A stretch of 64,000 nucleotides of DNA from Eledone cirrhosa (lineage: Eukaryota). The notes beneath the pieces were generated by a model. It was not told where the DNA came from, ran no database searches, and saw only the letters and a program-made list of their open reading frames with translations. Made by a program: the position numbers and the translations under genes. The stretch is taken from positions 35,712,001-35,776,000 of the forward strand of contig OZ024747.1 of assembly GCA_964016885.1 (NCBI GenBank). The letters run 5' to 3'. This document shows positions 13,500 to 26,799 of the stretch, piece by piece. Numbering within the stretch: the first letter of the stretch is position 1; every line of letters begins with the position of its first letter.

Positions 13500-13504
13500 T
13501 ATAC

Positions 13505-14426
13505 ATAAAAACAAATAACGAAACGAAATTAAATTTCGTTTCGTTTGTAACTCACTTTTGTATGACTGACGCTTAAACAATTAAGTTAAAAATGTACATC
13601 TACATATGCATACTGAAATACTAGTGTGTATATGAATACACACACGTATACATATGTAGGTGTAACAAGTCTTTCACTGGTTGCTTTACTGTGAGCATCC
13701 CAGCTATTCTGTATGTAAACACACAGACAAACCGGTTTTTAGAGTCATACTGGTTTTCGGGGGAACACCTTCCCTCTATTCTCCAGAAAGCCAGACAAAA
13801 AACCGGTTTGTCTGTGTGTTTACATACAGAATAGCTGGGATGCTCACAGTAAAGCAACAAGTGAAAGACTTGTTACACCTACATATGTATACGTGTGTGT
13901 ATTCATATACACACTAGTATTTCAGTATGCATATGTAGATGTACATTTTTAACTTAATTGTTTAAGCGTCAGTCATACAAAAGTGAGTTACAAACGAAAC
14001 GAAATTTTATTTCGTTTCGTTATTTGTTTTTATCGTCTCCGCTGAACCGGTGCGTACTCACACTCTATGCAAATTAGTCTGCCCACTACTAATTTTCATA
14101 GAAAAAGCATATAACGATATGTGCTTTTACAATTCTCCAGAAGGGCCGGTAGATAGGTAAATATTGCTGATGAGTTGTAACAACAACGAAACTAGTTCAA
14201 TGTTCCTTGTCTGGCTTTCTGGAGAATAGAGGGAAGGTGTTCCCCCGAAAACCAGTATGACTCTAAAAACCGGTTTGTCTGTGTGTTTACATACAGAATA
14301 GCTGGGATGCTCACAGTAAAGCAACCAGTGAAAGACTTGTTACACCTACATATGTATACGTGTGTGTATTCATATACACACTAGTATTTCAGTATGCATA
14401 TGTAGATGTACATTTTTAACTTAATT
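13505..14426 (+). mobile_element. Young non-coding retrozyme-like element: inverted copy plus ~1.35 copies of a 467-nt monomer
   Basis: 13505-13740 = rc(13797-14033) and 13580-13798 = rc(14207-14425). Direct repeat period is 467 (13803 vs 14270). Long (TA)n on both sides. Confidence 0.85.
14160..14204 (+). ncRNA. Minimal type I hammerhead ribozyme
   Basis: AATATTG-CTGATGA-GTTGT/ACAAC-GAAA-CTAG-TT-CAATGTT: 7-bp stem I, palindromic stem III (AACTAGTT), GUU triplet. Confidence 0.9.
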
Positions 14427-14456
14427 ATATATGCATATATATATATATATATGTAC

Positions 14457-14562
<106 letters not shown>

Positions 14563-14774
14563 GTATATATATATATATATATATAAATATATACACGGCG
14601 AAGTAAATAAGGCACATCGCCGGTACCATATCAATGGGTAATTACATATCGTTTGGATTTTTACCAGAAGTGAACACCTAGGGCAGTTTAAATGGGGATG
14701 TACAAATGAAACATTTTTCTTGTTTCTTATTATTATCACCGTTATTATTATAATACACATACACACACACACAT

Positions 14775-14816
<42 letters not shown>

Positions 14817-14888
14817 TATTTTGGATGCTTAAAGCGTCCGTATACGGTAGGCCGTATGAGAACTCGATGCTCTCATACAGCAGAGTAT

Positions 14889-15009
14889 GATATCAAAGAA
14901 AAAAAGAGAATCAGTGTTACAACGAAAGGAATTTATTGGACATATTACAATCGTTGATTGTCCAATAAATTCTATTCGTCGCAACACTGATTCTCTTTTT
15001 TTCTGTGAT
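14889..15009. repeat. Fold-back inverted repeat, ~53-bp arms
   Basis: atatcaaagaaaaaaagagaatcagtgtt...ttggaca versus tgtccaataaattc...gatat. Confidence 0.85.
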
Positions 15010-15121
15010 ATATATATATATATATATATATAAATGAAGTAATTCCGTCGGAAAGGTACAGGAAAAAAGAGTGCTCTATGTAGGTTACATAACTTATTAG
15101 TTATGTAACAACATAAGATAA

Positions 15122-15186
15122 TTATTTCATATACCAGTGGTTTCTTGAAAGCAGATACATCTGCTTTCAATCGTCAGATGGAATAA
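15122..15186 (-). ncRNA. Type I hammerhead ribozyme motif
   Basis: rc: CTGACGA-TTGAAAGCAGA/TCTGCTTTCAA (11 bp)-GAAA-CCACTGG-TA. Stem I is imperfect. Confidence 0.75.
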
Positions 15187-15276
15187 AAGATGGTGTTTTT
15201 ATTAAATATGGATTTGAAAACAAAAATATAAGAAATATGAAAGTGAGTCTGAGGAAACAACGGGCGAAGAAGAAAA

Positions 15277-15333
<57 letters not shown>

Positions 15334-15783
15334 TATATATATATACATATATATATAAAATAAATAAATAAACAAACATACACACACGCATAAACTTAAA
15401 ACCACGCGCATAAACTTAAAAAGTACGTAGTCATAAGCTGACCCATAAGCGTATATGTATCAACCGGCATGGACAAAATACATACACATACATATACATG
15501 AAGTTATAAGAATAAATAAATAAATGAATAAGTACAAAACATATTCAAAGTGAAAAATAAAAAAATAAGGAATGAAAAAATAAACAGAGGAAACGCGTTG
15601 ACAATGATAAGAGAGGGGAGCGGGAAAACAAATAAAAATAAACAAATACACGAGGTGTGCAATTACATAAAAATACGGATACACAAAATGAAAAAAAATA
15701 TATATATATATATATATACAATTATATTAAATAAATGGAAACTATATTTATAAAACCATATTTATTTTATTATATATATATCT

Positions 15784-15972
15784 AGGGCGGTGGATTGGCA
15801 GTATCGGTAGCGGGTCGGACGCCTTGCTTTGACGCATAGAGTTATGGCCCTTGCCATTCTGAGTTCAAATCACGCCAAGTTAACTTTGCCTTTCATCCTT
15901 ACGGGGTCGATAAAATAAAGTACCAGTAATGCACTGGTTAATTGCTGGCCTTGTGCCAAAAGTAGAAAAAAT
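15784..15972 (+). mobile_element. tRNA-derived SINE with Deu/Nin-like central domain
   Basis: A-box TGGCAGTATCGG, B-box GAGTTCAAATC and core GCCTTTCATCCTTACGGGGTCGATAAAATAAAGTACCAG. About 10 copies or fragments occur in the window. Confidence 0.85.
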
Positions 15973-17090
15973 TATATATATTTCTAGGGTACCAAGACAA
16001 CATTGGTACGCTTTCATCAGATAAAAAACAAAGTTTGTTTTATAAATAGAGACATACACATGAATATCATACCCTATCGTTTGGAAATTCACCGGATAGT
16101 CATATATATATAGTCATATATATATATACATGCATTCATACACACATACATACATACACACGCAAACACACAACAAAAAATAAAAAGCACAAACACTCAT
16201 ACACACGTATAAAAACATATACACAAATGTAGGCGTATATACATATATATATATACATTCATACACACATACATATATATATACATATATATATATATGC
16301 ATACACAGAAATAAACACATGCATATATATACACAAAAATATAAATATTAAAATAAACATACATACAAATCCACGTACACATACACAAGCGTGCAAAAAT
16401 ACATATACACAACCACATACACACGCTTACACACGTAAGAAAATAAGCATACAACCAAATGAGCGTACAAACGTAACCGCATGTGTGCGCGCACTCGCAC
16501 GTAAAGAACACACGCAGACAAAACCATACGTAAGACTATACAGACAAAAAAACAAAGGTCTATAATCACCGCATACACACAACTAAAAACGTAAACACAT
16601 ACATAGAACCAAATAAAAGTATAATATAAACATTATTAAACTCACAAACATAAGTAAAAATACTTACGAACACATACACATGTCTATGGTTTTGTCTGCA
16701 TGTGTTCTTTAGGTGCGAGTGCGCGCACACATGCGTTTACGTTTGTACGCTCATTTGGTTGTATGCTTATTTTCTTACGTGTGTAAGCGTGTGTATGTGG
16801 TTGTGTATATGTATTTTTGCACGCTCGTGTATGTGTACGTGGATATGTATGAGTGTTAATTTTAATATTTATATTTTTGTGTATATATATATATATGCAT
16901 GTGTGCATATGTGTGTATATGTGTGTATTCAGAAGATCCCGTTAATGGTGAAAGCAGCGATTATTTGCTTAAACTTTAATCTGTTATTTTAATAAATATT
17001 TTCTATATGGTTCTTATATATTTGATATATATTTATCCTTATCGAGCCCTCTTTGGATTTTAGTCCTCAAATGTATTATTATTACTTTGT

Positions 17091-17333
17091 TTGGCAGTAT
17101 CGGTAGAGGGTCGGACAACATGCTTTGTGGCATAGAGTTACGCCCCTTTCTGATCTGACGTCAAATCCGGCCGAGGTTAAATTTGCCTTTCATCCATACG
17201 GGGTGGATAAAATAAAGTACCAGTAATGCACGATGAAAGGCAAAGTCAACCTCGGCGGGATTTGAACTCAGATCGTAAAGGGACGTAACTATGCTGGAAA
17301 GCATGGCGTCCGACCCTCTACCTATACTGCCAA
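17091..17333. mobile_element. Two partial SINE copies joined tail-to-tail
   Basis: 17091-17231 forward, 17232-17333 reverse. Confidence 0.85.
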
Positions 17334-17759
17334 AATGGGATAATATTACATAATATAATGTTCCATATATTGGTTTATACTATGGTGTCTTGGTTGCATC
17401 GGCTGTCAGCCATAATCCAGCAGTATTCATCTGTCGAGGCTGCATTGTGTGAGATCTTCCTATGGGTGATATAGTCATCTGATCCAGAAATATTATATTG
17501 AGTAGCGAAACAATTGTAAACGGACATTATTATTATTAATATTATTATTATTATTCTCTACATTCCTTACAAAAACTAAAATATGTTGACAATCTTTTAA
17601 TAATGTTTTCCTTGTGAAGTTTGTAGTCTTGTTTTGCTTAACTAATGAATATATATATGTATGTACGTGTGTGTGAATGTATATATATGTATATAAACCT
17701 TCATTTGTGTATATATTTTTATACGTGTATATGAGTGTGTGTATGTTTGTTTATATATT

Positions 17760-17798
<39 letters not shown>

Positions 17799-17965
17799 TG
17801 TGTGTGTGTGTGCGTGTATATATATATATATGGGTGTGTGTGTATATATATATATATATATCTATAAATATATTCCTTTTCTTCTTCGCCCGTTGTTTCC
17901 TCAGCCTCACTTTCATATTTATTATATTTTCGTTTTCAAATCCACATTTAATAAAGCAACATGTG

Positions 17966-18030
17966 TTATTGATTCTGACGAGTGAAAGCAGAATTATCTG
18001 CTTTCAAGAAACCACTGGTAAATGAAATAA
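17966..18030 (+). ncRNA. Type I hammerhead ribozyme motif
   Basis: ATT-CTGACGA-(G)TGAAAGCAGA/TCTGCTTTCA(A)-GAAA-CCACTGG-TA-AAT, with distal TTATT/AATAA. Confidence 0.75.
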
Positions 18031-18057
18031 TTATCTTATGTTGTTTATTACATTACT

Positions 18058-18201
<144 letters not shown>

Positions 18202-18202
18202 G

Positions 18203-19705
18203 AATGAAGAATAACACGGATCGGCTGTACAGAAGCGTTTCTTTTAAGTATCAACAAATGTTTCATTAGTCCGGCGTGTCTAAAAACCGCTGTCCGCTGT
18301 ATGGCACGGCATTCGATTTTAATCACAGTTTACACCCAACTAAATTCGCAAAATACTGAGTTGGTGATATAGTGCATTAGTATTTATAGTTACATAAAAA
18401 ATATAAAGGATTATAATATGACAGAGTATTGTGAAGCGCGGATATAAGGATAAAGGCATGGCCAAAAATAGTGATAATAATTGTTTCTACTTTTGGCACA
18501 AGGCCAGCAAATACCCAGTGCATTACTGTTAATTTATTTTATCGACCCCGTAAGGATGAAAGGCAACGTTAACCTCGGCGGGATTTGAACTCAGTCCGTA
18601 AAGGGATGTAACTATGCTGCAAAGCATAGCGTCCGACCCTCCACCGATACTGCCAATCCACCGCCCTCAAAAACTTATGATAATAATAACATCTACAAAA
18701 AAAAAAAATCATCAAATTCCAAAGCCTACACGAAGGCGATGTCACACTGCGGACTATGTAATATGGAATTACACCATACTCTGCAGTATAATAAGAAGTT
18801 ACTAAATAGCAAATTACAAACCGAAATAAACAAGATTCGATCCAGTTACCTCACTATACATACCCACAACACAAATCCCGGATTTGTAACGTCTGAAACA
18901 TTGGTGCCACCAAACCCCTTTAGCATCTCTTTATCACGGTTAATGATTAATCATAGTACGAGCACAAATTTTCTTAGCACTGCAACGGCTAAACCACCAG
19001 CCAGCAGAATGCAAAATAATAAACTCCTAACCAATCGGACGCAAGAATAACTTCAATACTTCAGTGATTAATTATTCCTTCTTTAAGGACACGTCCCTTC
19101 AAAATCCTTCCATCTCGTGTAGCACCAATCAGGCTTTATAGCCAGTATCAACATCAATCTGCACCTCTACCCATTAACAATATACTTTTCAGAAATCTGT
19201 TATTAACTTTTTGTTTTATATTTTTCTGTTTTATCTCTGTATTTCATCTTATCCCACTTTATTGCATGGTCACCATTATTCTTTCGTTTCATTTCATCCC
19301 ATTTCATTACAATATCCAGTTACATATGTACTCACTGAAAACCTCCTATCTTCACTTTCAACACAACCGGTATTTTTATTATTGTTATTATTTCATTTTT
19401 ATTTCCATATTTATCTTATTGTCTTTTCATACCACATCATTTGTTCATGCTGATATTATTCTCACTATTTCTCCATGCCATTATCCTTATATCCCCCTCC
19501 TCACAATTCTCTCATTCTTCTTCTTATTTTTGTTATCTTTCAAGTAACTATAAATACTAACGTACTGCATCACTAAATCAGTATATTGAGAATTTGGTTG
19601 GGTGTAAAATGCAATTGAAATCGAATGCCGCGGCATACAGCGGACAGATGAAACATGTTTTGTAAACCCTGCTGTAAAGCTAATCCGTGTTATTCCTCAC
19701 TACTT
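18203..19705. repeat. Old diverged inverted repeat pair (18203-18462 / 19472-19705), PLE-like remnant
   Basis: ataacacggat..ctgtccgctgtatg..gcattcgattt..tagtatttatagttac versus its reverse complement at 19544-19695. Confidence 0.65.
18479..18667 (-). mobile_element. SINE copy
   Basis: Reverse complement of the 15784 family. Confidence 0.85.
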
Positions 19706-19880
19706 TATTACTAATATTCCAGTAACCGCTTACCTAGGACCCATATGGAATCAGCCTCCCGAACATCACAACTAAGTAAATGTCTTGTTGAGTCAAACAA
19801 AGCTGAACGTTAGAATTATATTCGACAAAAGAGTATTCATACCCTCTACTTGGATTGCCTTAAACGATACATCGTTAACT

Positions 19881-19958
<78 letters not shown>

Positions 19959-20202
19959 TAACAGATTAAAGTTTACGCAAAGAATCGCTGTTTTCACCCT
20001 TAACGGGATCTTCTGAAACTAAGAAAATCAATCGGTGAACGCAGAAGTAAATATTTCGAAAAACGTTGCAACCGAAGGAAACCAGGAAGACGATACTTTG
20101 GTTCGTAGAGACGTTCCCTGGCGAAGAGGATCAAGATTTTCTGATTGCTCAATGCATAGATATATTTTATGTATAAATTTTGCTTGTTTATATATATATA
20201 TT

Positions 20203-22068
20203 AATTCAAAATATTAACAAACTAGATATTCTTGTGATCAATTATATTTTATTATACATATTTCAAACACTTATAACAATATTAAATATTTCAAACACTT
20301 ATAACAATATAAAGTCATTTGATTGTCTATAAATGCAATCATGTATATCACATTCACTAAAATATTTTAGATATATCTTTTCTAAACTATATTAAAACCC
20401 TATTGCATTTATAGACAATCAAATGACTTTATATTGTTATAAGTGTTTGATATTCCCTGGAAGGTCGAACTTATATAATCATTTACTTAATATAATATAA
20501 TTTAATCTAACTTATTTTATTTTATTTTATTTTATTTTAATTAAATTTAGATTACCTTCGGCTTTTTCAAATATTTAGCTCCTCTTTATATCACATTAAC
20601 TAAAATATTTTAGATATATCTTTTCTATACTATATTAAAACCCTATTGCATTTGCAATATATTTTTAATATTGGGCACCTCTAAGTGTTGCAAACGATTC
20701 ATTTTCGTTTATTTGTATATTTATTTTGTATCTAGCCCCTATCATTAGGACTCATATAGTTTTGACTTATATCTTTGTAGTGTATATCAACTAAATGAAA
20801 ATGATTGATATAAAACATTAATTTTTTAGCAATATTTTTAACATTTTTAACTATATATATTTTTGAACAATATTTTCAGTAACTTATTTACTATATTGCA
20901 TTGTTGACTTTGCCTTTCATCCTTACGGGGGTCGATAAAATAAAGTACCAGTAATGCACTGGGTAATTGCTGGCCTTGTGCCTAAAGTAGAAACAATTAT
21001 TGCATTATTATATTATATTATATATATTTGAAAGGTATCACCTCAATTATAAATAAATAGTAAACTATAATCTTTCTATTTTTTGATCGATACATATATA
21101 TAATTAAAAATTCAGACTTCTTTAAGTTTAGTTATAAGGCCGGTTGAGACTTTAGGCACTCAAATTATTTAACAATAAATTCTTTAATAATTATAAATAT
21201 AATTACTTTATAAATTATATTATAGAAACTGTTGTTAATATTATAAATAATTTTGGTATAGATTACCTTCATGAAGATAGAAAAACATTATATATATTTT
21301 CTTTCTCGTGTTTCGTAAATCCTTAAATTTGTTTTCATAAAATTCGAATTTTAGAAATGAAACATAATTATATTATAATATTAATACAAATATCTATTAA
21401 CATTTAAAACCTAAAATATTATTCATTACACTGAAATAACTTAAATTAAATATTTTGAAAATTAACCGACAACTATATTATTTGCGACATGTCTTGCAAA
21501 TATGGAAATCTGTGCCTATAAACTTGAACATAAATTACTCCCCTTTGTCTCTCCCTCTCTTTAATCACCTTTCATCTGTTTTTTTCAAGCCACCTAATAA
21601 ATATATGATCACATCAGCTATTTCTTCCTCTATGCTTTCCTTTCCCTCCTCTTTCTCCAGTAGTTTTTAAAATAAAAAAAATGTATAACTGTTATATTGA
21701 TGCCATATATTTCTTAAACTCTATTACACGCACTCTCTCTATTGTTTGTATTATGTCATCTCATGTTCCAATATTAGGGTATACATATTGAGTTTTGTCA
21801 TAAGTTAATCACTACCATGACTGAATCTTAACCATCTAATATGTCAGGGTATGTCATGTATCATTTCATTTTATCTGATGAGGACGTACTGTTGAACTTA
21901 ACTCAGTACCTCTGAAATATGTATAATCAAATATAATTGATCACAAGAATATCTATTTTGTTAAGATTTGGAAATAATATTAATAACTTTGGAAAACCTT
22001 TTACAGTTGAGTGCTTCCAATCTATTGTAAAACTCATTATTTGATGTATTCATTGAACCTTGTTTAAC

Positions 22069-22072
<4 letters not shown>
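20203..22072 (+). mobile_element. Decayed PLE-like element with inverted terminal copy and HHR; SINE 3' half nested at 20903-20998
   Basis: 20205-20265 = rc(21913-21975). Internal short duplications and inversions at 20266-20650. (TA)n flanks. Confidence 0.6.
21868..21931 (+). ncRNA. Type I hammerhead ribozyme motif
   Basis: ATTTTAT-CTGATGA-GGA.GTACTG/CAGTAC.TCT-GAAA-TATGTA-TA-ATCAAAT. Confidence 0.7.
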
Positions 22073-22165
<93 letters not shown>

Positions 22166-23418
22166 AATGAAGAATTAGAAATAGAAGTTAGGAATATCCA
22201 TCATCCGTTGTCTACTAGCCATCATAGATATTTCTTCGCATTCCAGACAATATACCTCCGGCTAGGGCGATACAATAACGAAAATAAGTTATTCGGATAA
22301 AAAGGGTTGGGTGGAGAAATAAAAAGACATATAAACAGACACGAATGGTGAGGCAACGTAAAGAGAGGAAAACATGAACAAATCAAGTCAATAATTAATT
22401 TCGAATATATAAACGGGTGGATTTTGACGAAGAGAACCAAGACACATCTTAGTCGTACGGATGTGAACGAGAAAATAGATCGCGTACGGTGTGGGACGAT
22501 GGAGGAAGTGAGAGAGAGGGTGAGTATCAGAGAGTGAGTGAGTGAAAGTGCGAGGAAGAGGTTCGCCGAGAGAGGGTGACTAGCAGAGGGGTGAGTGAAA
22601 GTAAGAGGGAGAAGGAGAGAGAAGTGGGAGAGAGAAAGAGGATATATATATATATATATCCTCTTAAACAAGCAAAATCTATACATAAAATATATCGATA
22701 TATTGAACAGTCAGCAAATTTTGATTCTTTACGTGAATTGTCACTTTCATGTAAATCAGAATTCATCGAGCGAATTTAACAGAGATCTGTACCGTCACAA
22801 TTGCAATATATCTCATTTTCTCTATTCATTGCTACAATACGTTCCTTTATATGAAGTAAAGGGTAACAAATTCTGATTGTGTAAAATTATTGAAATATAT
22901 GATTTCAAAAGAACCCTTTCCACATGGAGATGTTTATTCCGAGATGAATACATACTATAATTCAATAATAGTAATCTTGCTTCATCGCAAGATATCTAAC
23001 TTATATTTTGTGCCATTAATCTGTTTATCTGACTAACTTTCTTCAATACTCAGGCTTTTGTAAAGTCATAATATCTGATTAAATTATGATACACCTTTTA
23101 AATCTGTGATTTAATACCACATCGAATTTATCATTTTATATTTAAATGATATGGGATCACTTATAATGTTACCATTACTTGTGTTCCATACTTCACTAAT
23201 CACATTGTATGAATATATAATTGTCTGGCATATGTGTCTAGATACAATGTCTAGTATGATCACCGAGAATTTCCCTTGCCGAATAAATTCATTTATTCAG
23301 ATGATTGAAAACCTTGTAGTTTCTACTTTCATTCTTTGAACTTTATTATTCATGCTTTCAAATACATAGATAAGTAATTATTCAGTTGGCGAAAACGATA
23401 AGAACATATTCCGGATAC

Positions 23419-23520
23419 TTTAAGGTAACTGTTTCGCCTTTCAGCATTCTTAGTCCAACTTCTGCCTCGTGTAAACGGAAAGGTGTTGACGAGGCTAATC
23501 TTTCATGGGAAGTAAATGGC
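23419..23520 (-). CDS. Candidate host-gene exon (PFTSHERLASSTPFRLHEAEVGLRMLKGETVTL), product unknown
   Basis: Acceptor gttttag, open frame in phase with the upstream candidate exon, non-repetitive in the window. The donor is weak, so the frame could run to the stop at 23382. Confidence 0.4.
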
Positions 23521-23669
23521 CTAAAACAGTTATCATCAATCTTCACAAAAATCAAATAAAATTCATTCATGATATATCTACTAGAAAAGGAATGCCAATA
23601 TATTCCTCTTAAACGCAGTCTATCAAATATTCCAATATGAGAAATACACATTATATAACCAAAACTCAC

Positions 23670-23717
23670 CTTATCAATGACTTAGACTGTTGGTTTTCGT
23701 AGATATTCTTCATGGTT
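23670..23717 (-). CDS. Candidate host-gene exon (TMKNIYENQQSKSLIR)
   Basis: Consensus donor AG|GTGAGT, 149-nt intron, phase-2 join is in frame. The acceptor (AAG) is weak. Confidence 0.4.
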
Positions 23718-24049
23718 CTTACAATAATATTAATGAGATAATAACATATTATTTAAATAGATTAGTTCATATGAATTATTGCATCCTTACGAATATGTTA
23801 TCCGTCATTAATTTCTACAGTCACTAATGCAAGTATTGATGTTTCGTATTAATCTGATAACACTATTCTATCAGTAACAGGAGAGGAAACTTGTCAACAA
23901 AACGACTCGATACGTTCACTAGCTTTGCATATGACATACGCCACTTAACAGATGATAATCAATACTGAAGTGTAAATGCAGAGTTCATTTTTAAGTGCTT
24001 GTTATCAACGTATTATTTTTAAAATTATGTTTTTAGAATGAAATGAAAC

Positions 24050-24710
24050 CAAAGTCAGTGCTCCGAAAACAGAGCACTAGTTCTCTGGAGGACGCAGTGT
24101 TCTCTACATGTGAGTAAAACCAGGTAGAGAACTTCAAGTATCTCGGGGTCGTGTCTACAAGTGATGGATGGCAGGTGGCTGAATTCAGTGCAAGAATTTT
24201 AGGGACCGGTGCAATAATGCACCACCTTCAGCATTCACTAACCAGAAGGAGGTAGGCGTAAAAGCAAAACTCGCTATCTTCAATTTGGTATTTGTACCAA
24301 CCTTACGTATGATCATGAATCTTAAGTAAAGACCAAAAAAATCGATCACGAATACAAGTAGCTAAAATGGCATTCCTCCGAAGGGTCATTTGAGTAACGT
24401 TACTAGAATTTGTAGTTCAGTGATCAGAAAAGCACTCCAAATAGTGCCGCTACTTTTCCGAATCGAGACATCGCAGCTCTGATGTTATTGGCATTTGGTT
24501 AGAATGTCAAAGGAAAGAAGCACTAGACAAACTTTACCGGCAAAACCAACCGGCAGAAGTCCCAGTGGTAGACCCCGATCAAGATGTTTTGATAACATCC
24601 ATGAGCTTGGCTGCTCTCGCCTGGGAATCGAGCCGAATCAGTTGGAGACGGTTGCTTCTGACAGGAGCCGGTGGAATGAGTGGGTGAAGAAAATAAAAGA
24701 TGACTTCTAA
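24050..24710 (+). mobile_element. RTE-clade LINE 3' fragment, decayed
   Basis: VENFKYLG, MAFLRRV, HLVRM...GRPRSR...VASDRSRW. Confidence 0.8.
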
Positions 24711-25421
24711 ATTGAACCATTATTGTGCGAATATTTTAATTTGAGCAGTTACTACCTTCCTAAAGATTTCCAACAAAATCAGGTCATAAACAATCATGGT
24801 GTAGAGAGAATACATATGAAAATCTAATAATTCTTCTTGAGAAATAACTAACTATTTTTTCAGATTGTCCACTTGGTTGTAATTCAAGAATTATCGCGGA
24901 TGAAGGCAAGTTTATATTAGTTCAAAACGCCAGGGAAAATAATAATTCGTTTTTTTAATCTTCCAACTGTAGTGAGTTTGATATGGTAGAATATATGTTT
25001 GAATCCCTTGAGTGTGATGTGAGTCATAATGTCTAAAGTAGAACATATGCACAGGTAAATAAATAGATGATTGCAGAGATAAACAATCGGAAACAGGAAA
25101 GATGTATAAGTTATGTGCCTATACATGCAGGTACGTAATGCAGCATATGCGAAGCTATTCTCTTAGAAATAGAAGTACCAAGAGAAGATTAACGTGTCTA
25201 TAATTCCATCATTGAAATGTGATATAACATAGACAATGTGTATTTTTAGTTTCTCAACACCCAATCATTGGATATGTAAAATACAATATAGTTAATAACT
25301 TTGAAATGTCTGCCTGCTTGAAGTACAGCAATACACCATATATAAATGATATGTACGTGGATCATTGAATTACTTGAGGGTATTGCGTGCGATATCCCGG
25401 GTTAGAGCCTTGATCAACTAC

Positions 25422-25500
<79 letters not shown>

Positions 25501-25769
25501 AGTATGTATACGTACATACATATATGTATACAGACGTACAGTAGTATGTATATATAGATACATACATGCACACATATATATATGTACGTATGGATTCACC
25601 AAACATTTATTATAATGCTCGGTGTGTTTGTAAACAAACATCCCGTATTAAGCCGTAGTGTCTAGCAACCACCGTTGCTCGTTGGTTCAACACTGACAAT
25701 ATATATATATATAACAAGTAGTTTATCGATCTACATGAATGTGCAATAAATGTAATTTCAAATATTAAT

Positions 25770-25955
25770 AATTGTTACTACTTTTGGCACAAGGTCAGCA
25801 ATTATTCCAGTGTATTGCTGGTACTTTATTTTATCGACCTCGCAAGGATGAAAGGCAAAGTTAACCTCGGCGGAATTCAGTTCATAAAGGGTCGTAACTC
25901 TATGCTGCAAAGCATGGCGTCCGACCCTCTACCAATACTGCCAATCCACAGCCCT
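25770..25955 (-). mobile_element. SINE copy
   Basis: Reverse complement of the 15784 family. Confidence 0.85.
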
Positions 25956-26475
25956 TTCGAATATTAATAATAATATTCGATTCGTTTGCAATTATGCAAA
26001 CAGCCTCTTTAAAGCCATGTCAGTAGAATGGCCCCGCAATTCTTGCTCTTGTGTTGGCATATTAATAGAACTGCAGACACTAATGTTTCTGAGTGATTAC
26101 CCTTCATCAGTGCAGTATACTGTTTACCTGACAACGCTGAGAGCTAGTGAAAATATATGATATTTTCTAAAATAACCAGTGACTGATCGGCCTGATTTGC
26201 ATATTAGCAGACTGCCTAATCAGTCAAATCTGCATATTAGCAGACCCACTGATATGCAAATAAGGCCGATCACTCACTGCATATTTTTAAAAATATATAT
26301 TTTTACTAGCTCTGACAGTTCGCAGGTAACCAGTATACTGCACTGATAAACGGTAATCACCCAGAAACATTAGTGTCTTTAGTTTGTTTACAGAACAATA
26401 ATGACGATGTCATTCTACTACATGGCTTAAATGAGGCGGCTTGCATGGAATCGAATATTATTATTAATATTCGAA
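25956..26475. mobile_element. MITE-like ~520-bp imperfect palindrome
   Basis: Perfect terminal inverted repeat ttcgaatattaataataatattcgattc; arms align inward to ~26207/26250. Confidence 0.7.
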
Positions 26476-26651
26476 CATCTCAGATTATATTTATTGTATA
26501 ATATATACACATACATATATATATATATATATATAGTTGTTATATAGTAAGGTGTATAATTGGTTGTGTCATACGGTCCAATAAAGATTTGTTAGCAATA
26601 TTAAGTTCTCTACGCATTTGTGTATCTCCAATTACATTTATGGGACCACCC

Positions 26652-26707
<56 letters not shown>

Positions 26708-26799
26708 CTGTTCCCATAAATGGAATTGGACATATAAAAATTGGAGATATATTATAGAACAGTATAGCAAGAAGCAAAATAGAATGTAGGCCCAGTAAC

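Larger units (their letters stand above)
15033..18056. mobile_element. Family Z relative forming a ~3-kb interrupted palindrome, with nested SINE and family Y insertions
   Basis: 15100-15390 is inverted relative to 17730-18055, and 16321-16530 relative to 16685-16900. An HHR lies at each outer end. Confidence 0.7.
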
